From positions 310,001 through 374,000 of the forward strand of contig NW_021831752.1 of the NCBI RefSeq assembly GCF_006345805.1: DNA of 64,000 nucleotides. The letters are read 5' to 3'. This document shows positions 29,814-41,905 of this stretch, one piece after another. This DNA comes from Octopus sinensis. Lineage: Eukaryota. Positions within the stretch are counted from its first letter, which is position 1, and each line of letters begins with the position of its first letter. The notes under the pieces are model-generated. The model did no database searches. It saw only the letters and a program-made list of their open reading frames with translations, and was not told the DNA's origin. A program made the position numbers and the translations under genes.

Positions 29814-31440
29814 CTCAATTTACGCAGTTAACTTATACGTTTGAATATTGTTATTCCATTTTAGGTTATCCTAATAAAATTTTCATATAAAATTTATCGT
29901 TAATTTAAATAAAAAATTATTTTTATTATGGATTTATGAAAATTAATCATTTTAGCTAATCGAGAAATATGAATTCCGTGTAACCGCTCACCGTTCCCTT
30001 TTCGATAACATAGAGATCATTTCTTCGCTCGACAACAATATACTTATTAACATCAAGTCCATCGTACAGCGGATACTGCCGAACATTGGCATCGTTGTCC
30101 TGTCTAAAAATTAATTTGACGCTTGAGACCTTAAAAGCACAGTCGTTCCGACATTGATATTTTCTTCGTCGTATCTCCATTTTCTTTTTTCAATCATTTT
30201 TTCGCCAGCAATAATTAAGTTTTCTAATGCACTTTCTCGTGCTCTGATAATCCAGTTGAATCATAGGCTAAAAGTTGCTCCATTCCCCCTTCATCAATCC
30301 TTCCAGGATTTTCAACACCCATGAATATATAAAAAGGGATTTTTTTGTCGAAGAATGAATGCTGTTATTGTAATCATACACGATGTCCTTTATGCATTCG
30401 CGATATCGTCCAAAACAATTTTGAGAAGAACTTGCCGACGATATCCAGCGTTTTATGCTTTGATTAAATCTACAAATCGATTTTAAATCATTAACCTTTC
30501 GACTTGCCCTTGTACCCAAGGAGCACGAGGCCTCCCACGTACATGTTTTATACCATATTTCGTACCATAGAGCATCCATTTGCGAATTGCAAAATTCCTT
30601 CCATTATCAGTGTGTAGAATAAGCGGAGGCCCGACATAATAAAAAATTCTTTGGAATAAATCTGCGATTTCTTCAGAAGATTTGGTCACCGACAGTTCAA
30701 GCATTACATATTTGGAAAAAGAATCCACAATTACCAAAATCTATTTATTAACATTAAATTCATACCCAGCTAAAGCCATCATTCAACGCCGAATATCTTC
30801 TGAGGTCAATTAAACCGCAATGATTTGTCCCTACATCTCCTTGCAATGATTGGCGTAATCGGAGGCTTCGTAGACAATATTTTTTCGACTAAGAATATTT
30901 ACTAAAAGGAGTTATTACCTGACAGAAAGCACAATTCGAAATCACCTTAGAGATTTCTTCTCTATTCAATCCATAATAGAGATTTCTTAATTTCGAAAAA
31001 AGCCGGTCTCTCCCAAAGGGGTTATAGTTATGTTCCGCCTAAATTTTATTTATTAAGTTGGACCTCAACGCACTTAAGCTTTAATTCGATTTCATCTTCA
31101 CAGAAAAAACGCAATTTAAGCCCATTTTTTCGAAAATATGTTTTTCCATTTTCAAAATGGAAATTCTTTCCCAATTTTGTGAGCCTGTATCGCTCATGCC
31201 GCTCGATTGACGATGTATCAAAGTTAGAGTCTTTCATTTCTTTGATTTTGTCCAGTGTTTCCTTAAATAATCTCACTACACGCATGTTCACGCTTTTTTA
31301 AATAAAAATAATAATGTGATTCTACTAAAATAAATAATCAATTATTGATTTTTTTCATACTAATTTTTAGATTTCTAATTTTTTCAGCCATTTGTGACAA
31401 GTGTAGATTATTCGGCGTGTATTTTATTCGGACTGTCACA

Positions 31441-31668
31441 TACTTAATTGTACAATTAGTTTTAAATTTAATATATTGTTATTTTTCGAAAATTCCTGGG
31501 GACCACTAAAAATTTTCTGGGGTCCACGATTGAGAACCGCTTGATTAATTTCAATGTTTTTGATTTATACTTAATTGTACAATTAGTTTTAACTTTAATA
31601 TATTTTTATTTTTCGAAAATTCCTGGGGACCACTAAAAATTTTCTGGGGACCACGGTTGAGAACCGCT
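31441..31668. repeat. 127-bp tandem duplication ending in a hAT/Charlie-like terminus (ggttgagaaccgctg)
   Basis: Units start at 31441 and 31568; reverse complement of the end is cagcggttctcaacc; followed by tcctagat. Confidence 0.7.
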
Positions 31669-33089
31669 GTCCTAGATCATAAAAAATTACAAAATTCGTT
31701 TTATTTATAGAAAAATTTCACATTTATTTCCAACAGATAGAATATCATGTTCCAATTAGTCTTGGGACAGTTAGTTATTTATTTACTTTTTGATAAAATA
31801 ATTGAATTCATCAAAAAAATTATACTAATTCCAGATTAATTCGTATATTTAAATGATTATTAGCATTATTTGCGATTAATATTTTGTACATGCTTAAGCG
31901 AAAGGAACATTCAGAAGAAATAAAAAAAACTTATACTTCTTGAATATAATGCAGGAAACTCAATCCGAAAAATTTCCGAAAGTGTTCATATTCCGAAGAG
32001 TACAGTATGGAACATTATCAATAAATCGAAATTATTTAAAACTACCAAAAATAAGCCAAGATCAGGACAACCAAAAAAAATCATCTCGATCAATTTCCAT
32101 AATTAGACGAAAAGTGCTTGATAATCCGAGATTATCTCGTAAACAACTCTCTACTTACTTGGGTGAGATAGGAACACCAGTATGTTCACAGACTGTTACA
32201 AATGCCCTAAGAAAAGAAGGGTTCCATAAATGTCGTCTACGTAAAGTTCCGCTGCTTACTAAGAAACACGTCCATGCACGGCTAAAATATGCCAAAAAAA
32301 TTTTACTTAAAGACGACGACTTTCTAAATAATATTATTTGGTCGGATGAAACAAAGATAGAAATTTTTGGACACAATTATACAAGCTACGTGTGGCGTAA
32401 ATCGGAGGATGAATATCGTCCAAAAATACCATACCAACAGTTAAACATGGAGGTGGCAGTTTATGCTATGGGGGTGTTTTTCTTCTTGGGCGTTGGAGAA
32501 CTTCATGTGATTGACGGAATATTGAATGCTTCTAAATACTGTGATATTTTGGAAAAAAATCTATTTTCGTCAATTGAGAAATGTGGTATTGCAGGAAATT
32601 GGACATTTCAAAAGACAATGATCCAAAGCACACCGCAAAAAAAACTCAAAAATGGCTAGAAGAACATTTGATTGATACCCTTGAATGGCCAAGTCAGTCC
32701 CCAGATCTTAATCCGATTGAAAACCTTTGGAAGGAATTAAAAGCCAAAGTATGGGCGCATAATCCAAAAAATATCGCGGAATTAAAATCATTTTGTTTTG
32801 AAGAATGAAATAAAATTCCTGTTGAAACTTGTAAAAAGCTTGTTAACAATTATAAAATCGCTTAAATGCAGTTTTGGAGAATAACGGATACTTTACAAAG
32901 TATTAAGTAATTTGTCCCAAGACTAATTAGCATTTTATTTGTGACTGTTTGTTTAAAATGTCAAATTTTTTTAAAATAAAATTTTCTTTGGATTATTTTT
33001 AAATGTTTTATATGTAAAAAACTTTGTTTAATTTTTTAGCCTTAGGAAAAAATGAGATAAAAACAGGTATGTTTAAAAAAAAAAAAATT

Positions 33090-36000
33090 TTAATAACAAG
33101 GAGGACGCAACACTGTAAAATCCTCAGGCTCACTCAATTCGTCCACACTACTATCCAGATGGGTACTGTGGGCTACAAATAAGGGGACAAAGCAAACGTT
33201 TGCTGAAGAAATAGTTATCTTCCAAGTCAGAATCGTCTTCTTCTGATTCCGAATCCACAAACCTCTTGGGATCCACAGCCAACCAGTTCAACTGGACATT
33301 ACAAGAGCACATACTCGACTACGAGTGGACACACACTTCCAGCGCCCTGCCACTTTCTTCCTCAACACAATCTGCACTTCCTTCAAACAGATTCTGTATC
33401 GAGAAGAGGACACCACCGAACCCTTCAATGGGAGAAAGAACGCATACAACTCCCCCTCAGACTTTCCTCTACAAATTACGACTTGTATCAGTACCGAAAC
33501 AGTAATTGGCTGTCCTCAACTACCACCACTCCCTCGTCCTTAACATTGCTTAAACGGACTGCGAAAAACAATTTTAAGTCTGTCTCCGCCCACGTGACCA
33601 TGGGTTGTAGCCTAGGATTAATAAATATCCTACCATTTTCCATTTCCCTCCATATTAACCCTCCTCCAAAACTCTTTCATTGAGGTAGCAAACTCAACGG
33701 GGAAACTTAAAAGTAAAAATATGACTACACATTTCTAGGAAAAACTCTGGCCAATGCTCGTTAGCCGCCTCTACTGGATGTATGACTGACTCATCCTCTT
33801 GTTTGCGGAATAATCCCAGCAGTGATTCACTCGTCGTAGACAGTGGGGCAGGGAATGATGATAGCCTACAATTAGAAGAAAAAACAACCTTTTCAAATTT
33901 TCCACAATTTTATAATTGATGAGGCAGGATGGATTAGACATATTAGGAATAAGGACTTGCAGAAGATTGAGTATCTCTTCCAAAACCTGTAATGTAAATA
34001 AAGAGAGGACTACCTGAATGTCTTCACTCTCCCTCAACAAATAACAAATACCACACATGGCCATCACTTCGCATTCAAAACGAAATGCAGCTCTGAAATG
34101 TAAAAACAATCCAACGGTTTATATCTGAGGGTGACAGTGAAGCATTTAAGAATGGGGAGAACAACTTGAGGATCAGTAACTGCATCTCTCGTCAGAAGAC
34201 TTGTGAGTGACGAGGACACAATGTTCTGGTCATTTGCCTGCAGAGGAGTCGAAACATATTTGAGGAGTCCAGTCAATATCTCCAAAACATGGTTAGTCCA
34301 CTACAATCGTCAACTAAGTCGTACGCAAAACAGACTTTCTTCATTGGCCACATACATCAAGTGCTGAATAAATACACAGTGGGCCTCCAAATAGATGGCC
34401 TGCACACAAAAACTAACAATCACCCCACAACACCAAACCTCTCATAGTCTACCAAATAACCCCAGACATCCAGTAGTCCATCCGGGTAGTAGGATATGTT
34501 GTCGTAGCCCTACAATAATCAAACAACAAAACCTGCAATTCCAATTCGAGAATGTAAACTAGACGGGACTCAATAAGAAAAGAATCGTCAATGACTTGAC
34601 TTCTCAAACAATCCAGCAAGAGATTCCACAGTTCGTCGTCAGTCCCCCAGTACTCAACCATGAAGCGAAGTGACTCCGCAATCCATATCGCCAATCCTTC
34701 AGGACTGACTAGTCTTAACGCATCCTTCATCTCAATACATATCTCCTCAGTCCTCTAAACAGAATATACCCCAACACTACATCCACATCTACTCCATCTG
34801 GAGAATATCCCATCAACTTCATCTCCTCCAATATGTCGATAGGAAATGGACAGTGGTAGAAGAGTCTCACCACTCCTTCATCACCACACTCCACGGAATA
34901 GTCCCCAGGTCTCGCCACCAACCGTTGGAATGCCTCCTTCGCCCGAGCAGACCACTGTCCCCCTTGGAGGAGACAGCAACAGTGAGCAAAGGCATTGAAT
35001 CGGCAGTATTCCGAAGGCATCATATACATGTCCGACACTAGGACTGTGGGAGTCTCCCCCGTATCTACCCACGTGACCTCACATCGTGATTCCCCCAACA
35101 CCTCCTTCACTATTCCACGTCGGAAACTACCATTAGACCACAGACTTACCAATAATCTGCTCTTGCGTCGTTTTCCGGGCATATTGTGATCACGTAATCC
35201 CCCTCCTTCGGGTGGACACAGTGCTTAAACTTGGAGTACTGACTGTACAAATCTCCATTCATCTGTCTGAACAACCCCAACGAGTCGCATTTATGCACAT
35301 AAAACATTGACGGACTCTCAACATGACCAATCTTCACTGGAATAGTCCCTTCGAACGACTCCCTCCCAATTTCCGATCTAGTCAATGGGAACGGGGGATA
35401 ACCTGAACATGGAGTGTCCGTACAGTCTTTCAGTGAGTGTGTGTATGTGCTATAATTAATAACCAAGCATACATCTTTATTCGATTGTCCCATCTTCTCT
35501 ACAATCAAGTGATTAACCAAGTCAAAATGCATGACAGGGACATCCAAAATGGGTAGTTTACAACACTTGATGAGAGTATTCACCCAAAATGTATTCCCCG
35601 CTCTACTGTCTACAACAAGTGGTCACCTCAACTCAATGTGGGCCACGACTTGTTCTCCTTGAACTAATTGTTCCACGTGATTGTTCACTTGAGTATTCCA
35701 CTCGGAATTCATATCGCACGGAACAATCCCACTCAAATACACATCCACGGCCTGACTCTGCTTACTCAGACACTACCTGTGGACGAATTGAAGACAGGAC
35801 GGGCGGTAAGATAAAAATGTTCTCCTTCTGAGTTATGCAAGAAGACCCTTCGTCCAGCAATGTCACGACCAAGTCATAGTCTCGACACTCGTCTATCACA
35901 GCACTAGGAAATATTGACAAGATTGTACCGTTTGAAAGTCTCTTTCATCAAAACAGCCACTCGATCACCCACTTGAAAGTGTTCTGGCCTGATCTGCTGT

Positions 36001-36410
36001 TTCGGATTAGAAAAATGTTTAATCAAGTCAAAGTTAAGTTGCTTTGACTGTTTCTCATAATTTGTCGTATACGATCCAGAATCGGAAATGATCCGACAAC
36101 GGAAATGTGATGCGTCCACCACAAAGAGCACCAACATTCGAATATCCCCCGTCGACGGAAGACCATCACAATCAGGGTCATCGAAATAGTCATAAAAGTG
36201 AGAACCCCCATGACTATCCGGACATTGATATCCCAAACTAGGAAATAAATAAGTCAATTCAACTGGCAAAATCCGAACTGCATAAATATCCTACAAGGAC
36301 TGGGAGGTAGGTCGTAGTGGAATCGATTAATGACAGGAACCAGGTAGTTTATTGGTGCCTGGAAGCATTCACCACCATCAACAGGAAACATTGATTGCAT
36401 CACTTTTATT
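33090..36410 (-). CDS. Tudor-domain protein with two extended Tudor domains and a C-terminal CS/p23 domain (TDRD12-like), multi-exon; 5' end uncertain
   Basis: VLFVVDASHFRCRI; KIGHVESPSMFYVH..RRGIVKEV..VTWVDTGET; C-terminal PMVTWAETDLKLFFAVRLSNVK..IVLRKKVAGRW followed by an acidic tail. Confidence 0.7.
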
Positions 36411-36493
36411 TATTAAATATTAAATAAAATATTATTCTCAATTAAACAAAAAAGAAAATAATTAATTTCCAAAATATAGTTCCTAAATAATCT

Positions 36494-37009
36494 CTAAAGC
36501 AAGTCATCGCAAAGTTCATGAAGAGCACAATTGTAAGTCTACAAGTGACAAATTAGCCCATACTTTCGACAGATTGGCATCCTTGGTGAACGTATGGAAA
36601 CTGGAGGCATAGATCATGTTGGACTCGGCAGTGCAGGCTGCAAATAAGTGGCAAATATGAATACAGTCAGCCCTCACATAAATGGCCACAAGCGGGTAGG
36701 AAACTCGCAGTTCGTCGTGTCGTTTTTTGTAGGAATAAATGACATATCGTGGCTCACAACTGGGAATGGAGTCCCCAATATCCTCTAAATCAACTCCCTA
36801 GCAGTCAATTAATAATGCTTCCTCTTAATTATATAATTAGTACATTAAGCTGCTTTTCTAATTCAATCGTCATCTTTTCCTGATTTATTGCAACTAGGAC
36901 TTAATGTTATGTCAGAACAGATTAATGCTTCTGAGTTGACGAATTTCTTTTTTCTTAATTCTTCGATTGACTTTAATGTTTCTTTTGTGGGTACAGCCAT
37001 CCCATCCAT
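36494..37009 (-). CDS. GMF: Glia maturation factor (ADF-H family), multi-exon; largely missed by the ORF track
   Basis: Spliced: ALIFAINQEKMTIELEKQLNGVDLEDIGDSIPSCEPRYVIYSYKKRHDELRVSYPL..NMIYASS; introns of about 25 and 46 nt. Confidence 0.88.
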
Positions 37010-37155
37010 TTTCAAATCCACACTACACCTACTTAACTGTGACCTCAATAGCCTTTTGTATCTATTTAAAAAATAGTTTACCTTAATAAAAATATTAAAA
37101 TATATAACAATAAAATAATATTAAAAAATATTTTAATCTTCATACAATTTATAAC

Positions 37156-39591
37156 CCCTGTGGAAAGTGTCAAGTTGCTCCATGCTTTTCTTTGATGCTC
37201 CCCAAGTACCTGCGTTGTACATGAGGACAGGTCGAACAAATGCATCATATAATCGTAGACGCATCTTAGTCGAAATTTGTTTTTTTCTCATCCATATAGA
37301 TTGGAGTTTTTTAAGTGCAATTGTTGATAGTATTTTTCGTCTGGTAAATAATATCTTCAGAATCGCCAAGAAGAGATCCGAGTTTTCGGACGTTTCGCCA
37401 CTTCTCATCTATGCGAGTTGGCATACGTTCGACGGTGGTTATTTCGGTTTTCTCTTCGTTGACTTTGAGTGACCATTTATCGAGAATTGTTTTTGCTTTC
37501 TCCATAATAATTTTTATTAATTTCGAATTCTCCGTAATAAAGTCAAGATCATCCTCGTATATGAGTTTCACAACTTGGTTGTCCATATATCCAATTTCTG
37601 CTCTTAAGTTTCTCAGAGCTGCCTCCAGATAGACGATAAATAATATAGGCGATAGTGTGTCCCCTTGTGGGGTTCCAAAATTTGTAGGAAATAGTCTAGA
37701 TTCTTTAGGGCCAATTCTGACAAAAAGTTGAGTTTCCGATAATAGCATATGTATCATGCGTAGACTGTCTTCATCTATAATGTTCTTTAACACGATAAGT
37801 AGTTTGCTCCTGTTGATGCTATCAAAAGCTTTGCTCATGTCGATTCCCAGGACATGAAAGGATCGTTTATACTTCTGACATATTGCATTGATCCAGCGAT
37901 GGGTCCAAACAATATTGGCCGTGGATCTTCCAGGTCTGAAGCCACTCTGACTGCAAGAGAGATAACGATCGACTGATCTTGATATTTGGCTTCGAACAAT
38001 AGTCGATAGAGTTTTCCTTAGAGAGGTGACTAATACAACCGGTCTCAGGCTTCCACAGGGTCCCCGTCGTTTGCCTGGTTTCTGGACGGGTATTATTATT
38101 CCTGTCCCAATTGGAAGTGGGCAGTGTTGGGCAAACGCTTGTTCAGTATATGTGCGAAAAAGCTCGCTAGACTGTTGGGAGCGTATTTGAGTAGTTCCCT
38201 GGACTCTCCATCATATCCTGCAGCTCTGTTATTGTTCATACGGTGAAATGCTTCCAGGACCTCCGAGGGTGTTATTTCGTTCAGTAAGCCTCGCGGATGA
38301 CCAATGAATGTGGGTGTATAAGTGTCATCTGTTTGGAATTGTCTCTTGAAGTGGTCTGCGATTCGTGATGCTTTATCTTCATCGTCCAATATCATGTGTT
38401 CTGACTCATCCCATACCGATATTTTGGTATTTCGTGAGCCTCGATTAAGTAATCGGGTGGCCATGAATATCTGGTTCCCAGGTAGGAGTCTTTCAATTTC
38501 AGTAACTTTATCATCTAAGTATTTCATCCATAGTAGGCGTCCCCTGTCTCTAATTTCATGAAGGAGCCTGTTCCGTTTATTCTTTAGCTCTTTTTTTGGT
38601 TTCCATACCACAGTTTTCGATTCTCAGACGGATGTCTCTTTGTTGTTCTGACATCTCTCTCAGTTTTGAGTCATGGTATGTGTAATTGTTTGAGCGGTTA
38701 CTCCTGTATCCGACACTATCCTCCGCGGCTTGTTTAATTTTCTCAAATACTTCTTTTAGGAGAACGTCTGGTCTCTTTTCTGTATTTAGTTGTGTTATGA
38801 ATTGTTCGATATTATCTTGATATTTCCTCCGTTTCGTGGTATTGTTAATCAATTCCTCCGTAGCGAGCCTTCTTTGTTTTGTATTGGCTGTATAGTTCAT
38901 GGCTATGTTGCCAAGTATTTTTTGCATACGTATCCGAGCTACTGTTATTCTGTGGTCGCTATTTGTAGCGGTGCCTCCGTAAGAGCGTGAGTCTATGAGA
39001 GAGTCCTTGTGTGTATTCTGACATAGTATATAATCTATTTGATTATATATTGTGATCTCCTCCCCGCTTCGGTCTTTCCTATAGCCGGTCCACGTCGTCT
39101 TATGCCTGGCAGGATGTTGAAAGGTCGTATTGCAGAGATAGAGATCAAGGGGTCACTTTCCACAGGGGTCAACTGAGAAAACTCCTCGGCTATTCGTGGC
39201 CGAAGAAAATATCAATGATAAATTATACAGGTTAGCTAACTGTGGGCCTATAAGTCTAAATGTACTTGAAACCCGCTGGCGCTTGTTTGGACATATTTTA
39301 CGAATGAAAAAAGAACACCTTGCAATATGGTCATGGAAGAATTTTTCGACCATACTGAATACTCTAAATATAGAGGACGCCCAAGAGACTGTCTCCCGGG
39401 AATACTCACGAAGGAATATGCTATGATCGGAGGCCGATTGATGGATGCAAACAATCTGGACGAAATCAGAAAGAGGGCAAGACGAAGGAAGGGATGGAAG
39501 GAACTAACGACAAGAATAGTTAAAAACATTGCACAAGCGAAACCATAAACTTTGTTTACTGGCAACGCGAACGTGCATTAACTAACTAACT
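37156..39591. mobile_element. RTE-like LINE, 5'-truncated with 5' inversion (37156-39153 on minus, 39154-39591 on plus)
   Basis: End of APE plus RT on minus (GIDMSKAFD, PQGDTLSP, YEDD) up to FHRG; continues FHRGQLRKLL..RWRLFGHILRM on plus; (taac)3 tail; 10-bp TSD aatttataac at 37146-37155 and 39592-39601. Confidence 0.92.
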
Positions 39592-39655
39592 AATTTATAA
39601 CAAGGATATCGAGTAAATGAAAAATGGATATCGACTAATGATAATTTCATGATAT

Positions 39656-40669
39656 TTAAAAGGCAACTCCTGTGGCCAATTCGGCAGCCTCAATAACCCG
39701 TTTCTCCATTTCCAGGTCCCCCGCAAATCTCGATTTCCTCCCCAAACACAATTGTCGAAATATTGACCAGAAATTCCCTCCAAATGAGGGTCAGAAGTCA
39801 CATACAACACAGTCTGCGCTCCCTCTTGAGTCGTCTACACAATCAAAAAACTCAAAAACCTTCCCAAACAACCAAAAAAAACTCTTGAAAAAAATTTTGA
39901 ACGGAAAAGTCGAATAAAACCCACTGAAAATCGTCCCAGGGTGAAGAGCATTAAATGTGACAGTCCCCTCCGAGTATTTCCTGGCCAAATATTGACACAA
40001 ATAGATTTGACAGAGTTTACTATTCCCATAAGACTTGAATACGTCCAATTCCTTCCCTCCCAACAACCTTTCATTGATCTTGCCGGATATTTCATGTGCC
40101 CACGAACTGACAAACACAACCCGGGCACCCTCAGTCAGTCTGTCCATCAGCAGGTTAGTGAGAAGAAAGGGGGAGAAATAATTGACTTGCATGACTGTCT
40201 CCAGGCAGTCCACTGTCTCCTTGTATGATAACACTGTTTAATGAGCATATTTGAGAACAGGACAGTCCTGCGTTGTGGACGAGGGCGGATATGCTTGATT
40301 CGGACTCGTGGAGCTGCTCTGAGAACTGTCTTACTGAGTCAAATGAGGCCAGATCGAGTTCCATCACGTGAATGTTTGGGTTGCCAGTTATGTCTGTGAG
40401 TTCTTTGGCTGCGACTTGTGCTTTGGTGATATTTCGACAGGCTAAGATTACATGTGCTCTTCGTTCGGCCAGTCCTTTTGAGACTTCATAGCCAATTCCT
40501 GAGATTAGAGTGAAATTGGAATACCCGAGGCTCCCCCAGTCACCACAATTGTTTTCCCGCTCAAATCCTCCTTCGTTGGGCACTTCCGAGTAATCACTTT
40601 CTGAATTATGCAGTAAGATGAGTAGAGAGTGACAATGAGAACAAGTAGGACAACCACAACGTTAAACAT
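39656..40669 (-). CDS. Retinol dehydrogenase-like short-chain dehydrogenase (RDH11-14 group), multi-exon; one apparent 1-nt frameshift near 39743
   Basis: N-terminal hydrophobic segment, GKTIVVTGGASGIG, VILACRN, ELDLAS, HNAG, YGNSK, ALHPG, SGQYFDNC. Confidence 0.88.
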
Positions 40670-40673
40670 CTAA

Positions 40674-41905
40674 TTTTTTATTTATTTATTAAATCACCAA
40701 GACCACGCTAAAAACCGAACATAGGTCACGTGATCCCGATGCACTCAACCAGGGACCTCATCCTCGCTCGGTGATCTTTCCACGACCCCACACAAGATCG
40801 CACAGGGCGGCAGGCCGTTTATGGAGTAGCATTCGCTGACGGGCCCAGGTTCAGCTTGATGAAGTCCTTCAGAGAAGTTAGACCGGGGGGTTGTGACCAA
40901 CGATCGGTCAATCTGAGGGCCCTTTGTTGGGCCTCCTCGATTCGCCTCCTGTTGGACCACGATAGCCGCGGACCCCATGATCCGCAAACGTAAGCAATAC
41001 AAGGTTCGAAGTACTGGCGGTAAATATTCGCCAGTACCGGGTGCGACCCGTTTTTCCATATTCCGGATAGTGCTCGTACTGACTCCTGAAGTAGGGTACG
41101 GATATATTATTTAGCTTTAAGTCGACTGACGTCCTTCCCAATCTTTTGTCCGAGGTGAAGAGGGACGTGGCGGACATTCTGAGGCTGCCCTTAGTTGACA
41201 TTCCGTGTCAGCTTTCTCCTCACTAGGTATCGATATACCATGCCTCTCTTCAGCCTGCATGCTCTCCAATGTCTTCCTCAGAACCACTGTCTGAATATAT
41301 GATTTTACTCTTTCTTCCAGCTTGAGGACATCAAGATGACCCTTGAAAAATCTTGAGACAATTCCATCCCAGGTCATTACAACAGGGATTACTTTCACTT
41401 TTGCATGATGAATTGCTTCAAGTTCATTTGCCAATAAATCATATTTGTGGAACTTCTCAACTTCGACCTGCTTGAGGCAATTTTGCGAAGTAATCCCAGC
41501 TTCGATAAGAGTAATTGTATTCCTCATTTTGTCATGAACAAATATATCAGGTTTGTTATTCGCTACAGCTGTATCCGTACTAATCGTAGTATCCACACGA
41601 ATCTCCACAAATTCATTGCTAACAACAGATTGAACTGAGTGTGTCTTTAGTTTCTTAGTTTTCCTTATTCCACATTGACGACAGAGATGTAAGTGAATAC
41701 ATCTGACTACTTCGTTATGCCGTCTAAGATATGAGCTATTCAGCATTCTCCCGCACCTAGTTGCAAGGTGATCAACTGTTTTTCTTGCCGAGTTACAATG
41801 CGTGCACTTATTTTCTTCATTATCAAAAAACATGTTGCGGTCCTGAAGTAGACAGTCTCCCTTCAGTCATGGGGGAATGATTTCCATTAACCAACCATTC
41901 AGAAG
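40674..41905 (-). mobile_element. R4/Dong-like RLE non-LTR retrotransposon, 5'-truncated, (TAAA)n tail
   Basis: CTHC..TVDHLATRC (CCHC), RRHNEV, NKPDIFV, LIEAGIT, EKFHKYDLLANEL; about 430-nt 3' UTR; no clear TSD. Confidence 0.82.

Larger units (their letters stand above)
28349..31440 (-). mobile_element. Ginger-like (TGT..ACA) DNA transposon with degenerate rve integrase
   Basis: 34-bp TIR (1 mismatch) once the MITE is removed (right copy 31407-31440); IVDSFSKY, GPPLILHTDNG, RGRPRAPWVQGQVER; no TSD seen. Confidence 0.8.
28254..33095 (+). mobile_element. Tc1 (DD34E) transposon whose left TIR is interrupted by nested elements; transposase pseudogene 31890-32906
   Basis: ta|cagtgggtcaaattagtcttaggac at 28252; the same DR (aattagtcttgggaca) near 31755 and inverted near 32910; [30 protein letters not shown]; right outer end missing. 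Confidence 0.8.

Noticed and set aside
39740-39746. Programmed frameshift or RNA editing in the RDH gene
   Set aside because: One missing base in adjacent homopolymers restores an SDR-like C-terminus (RFAGDLEMEKRV..); sequencing error or recent mutation is simpler. Needs read-level checking.
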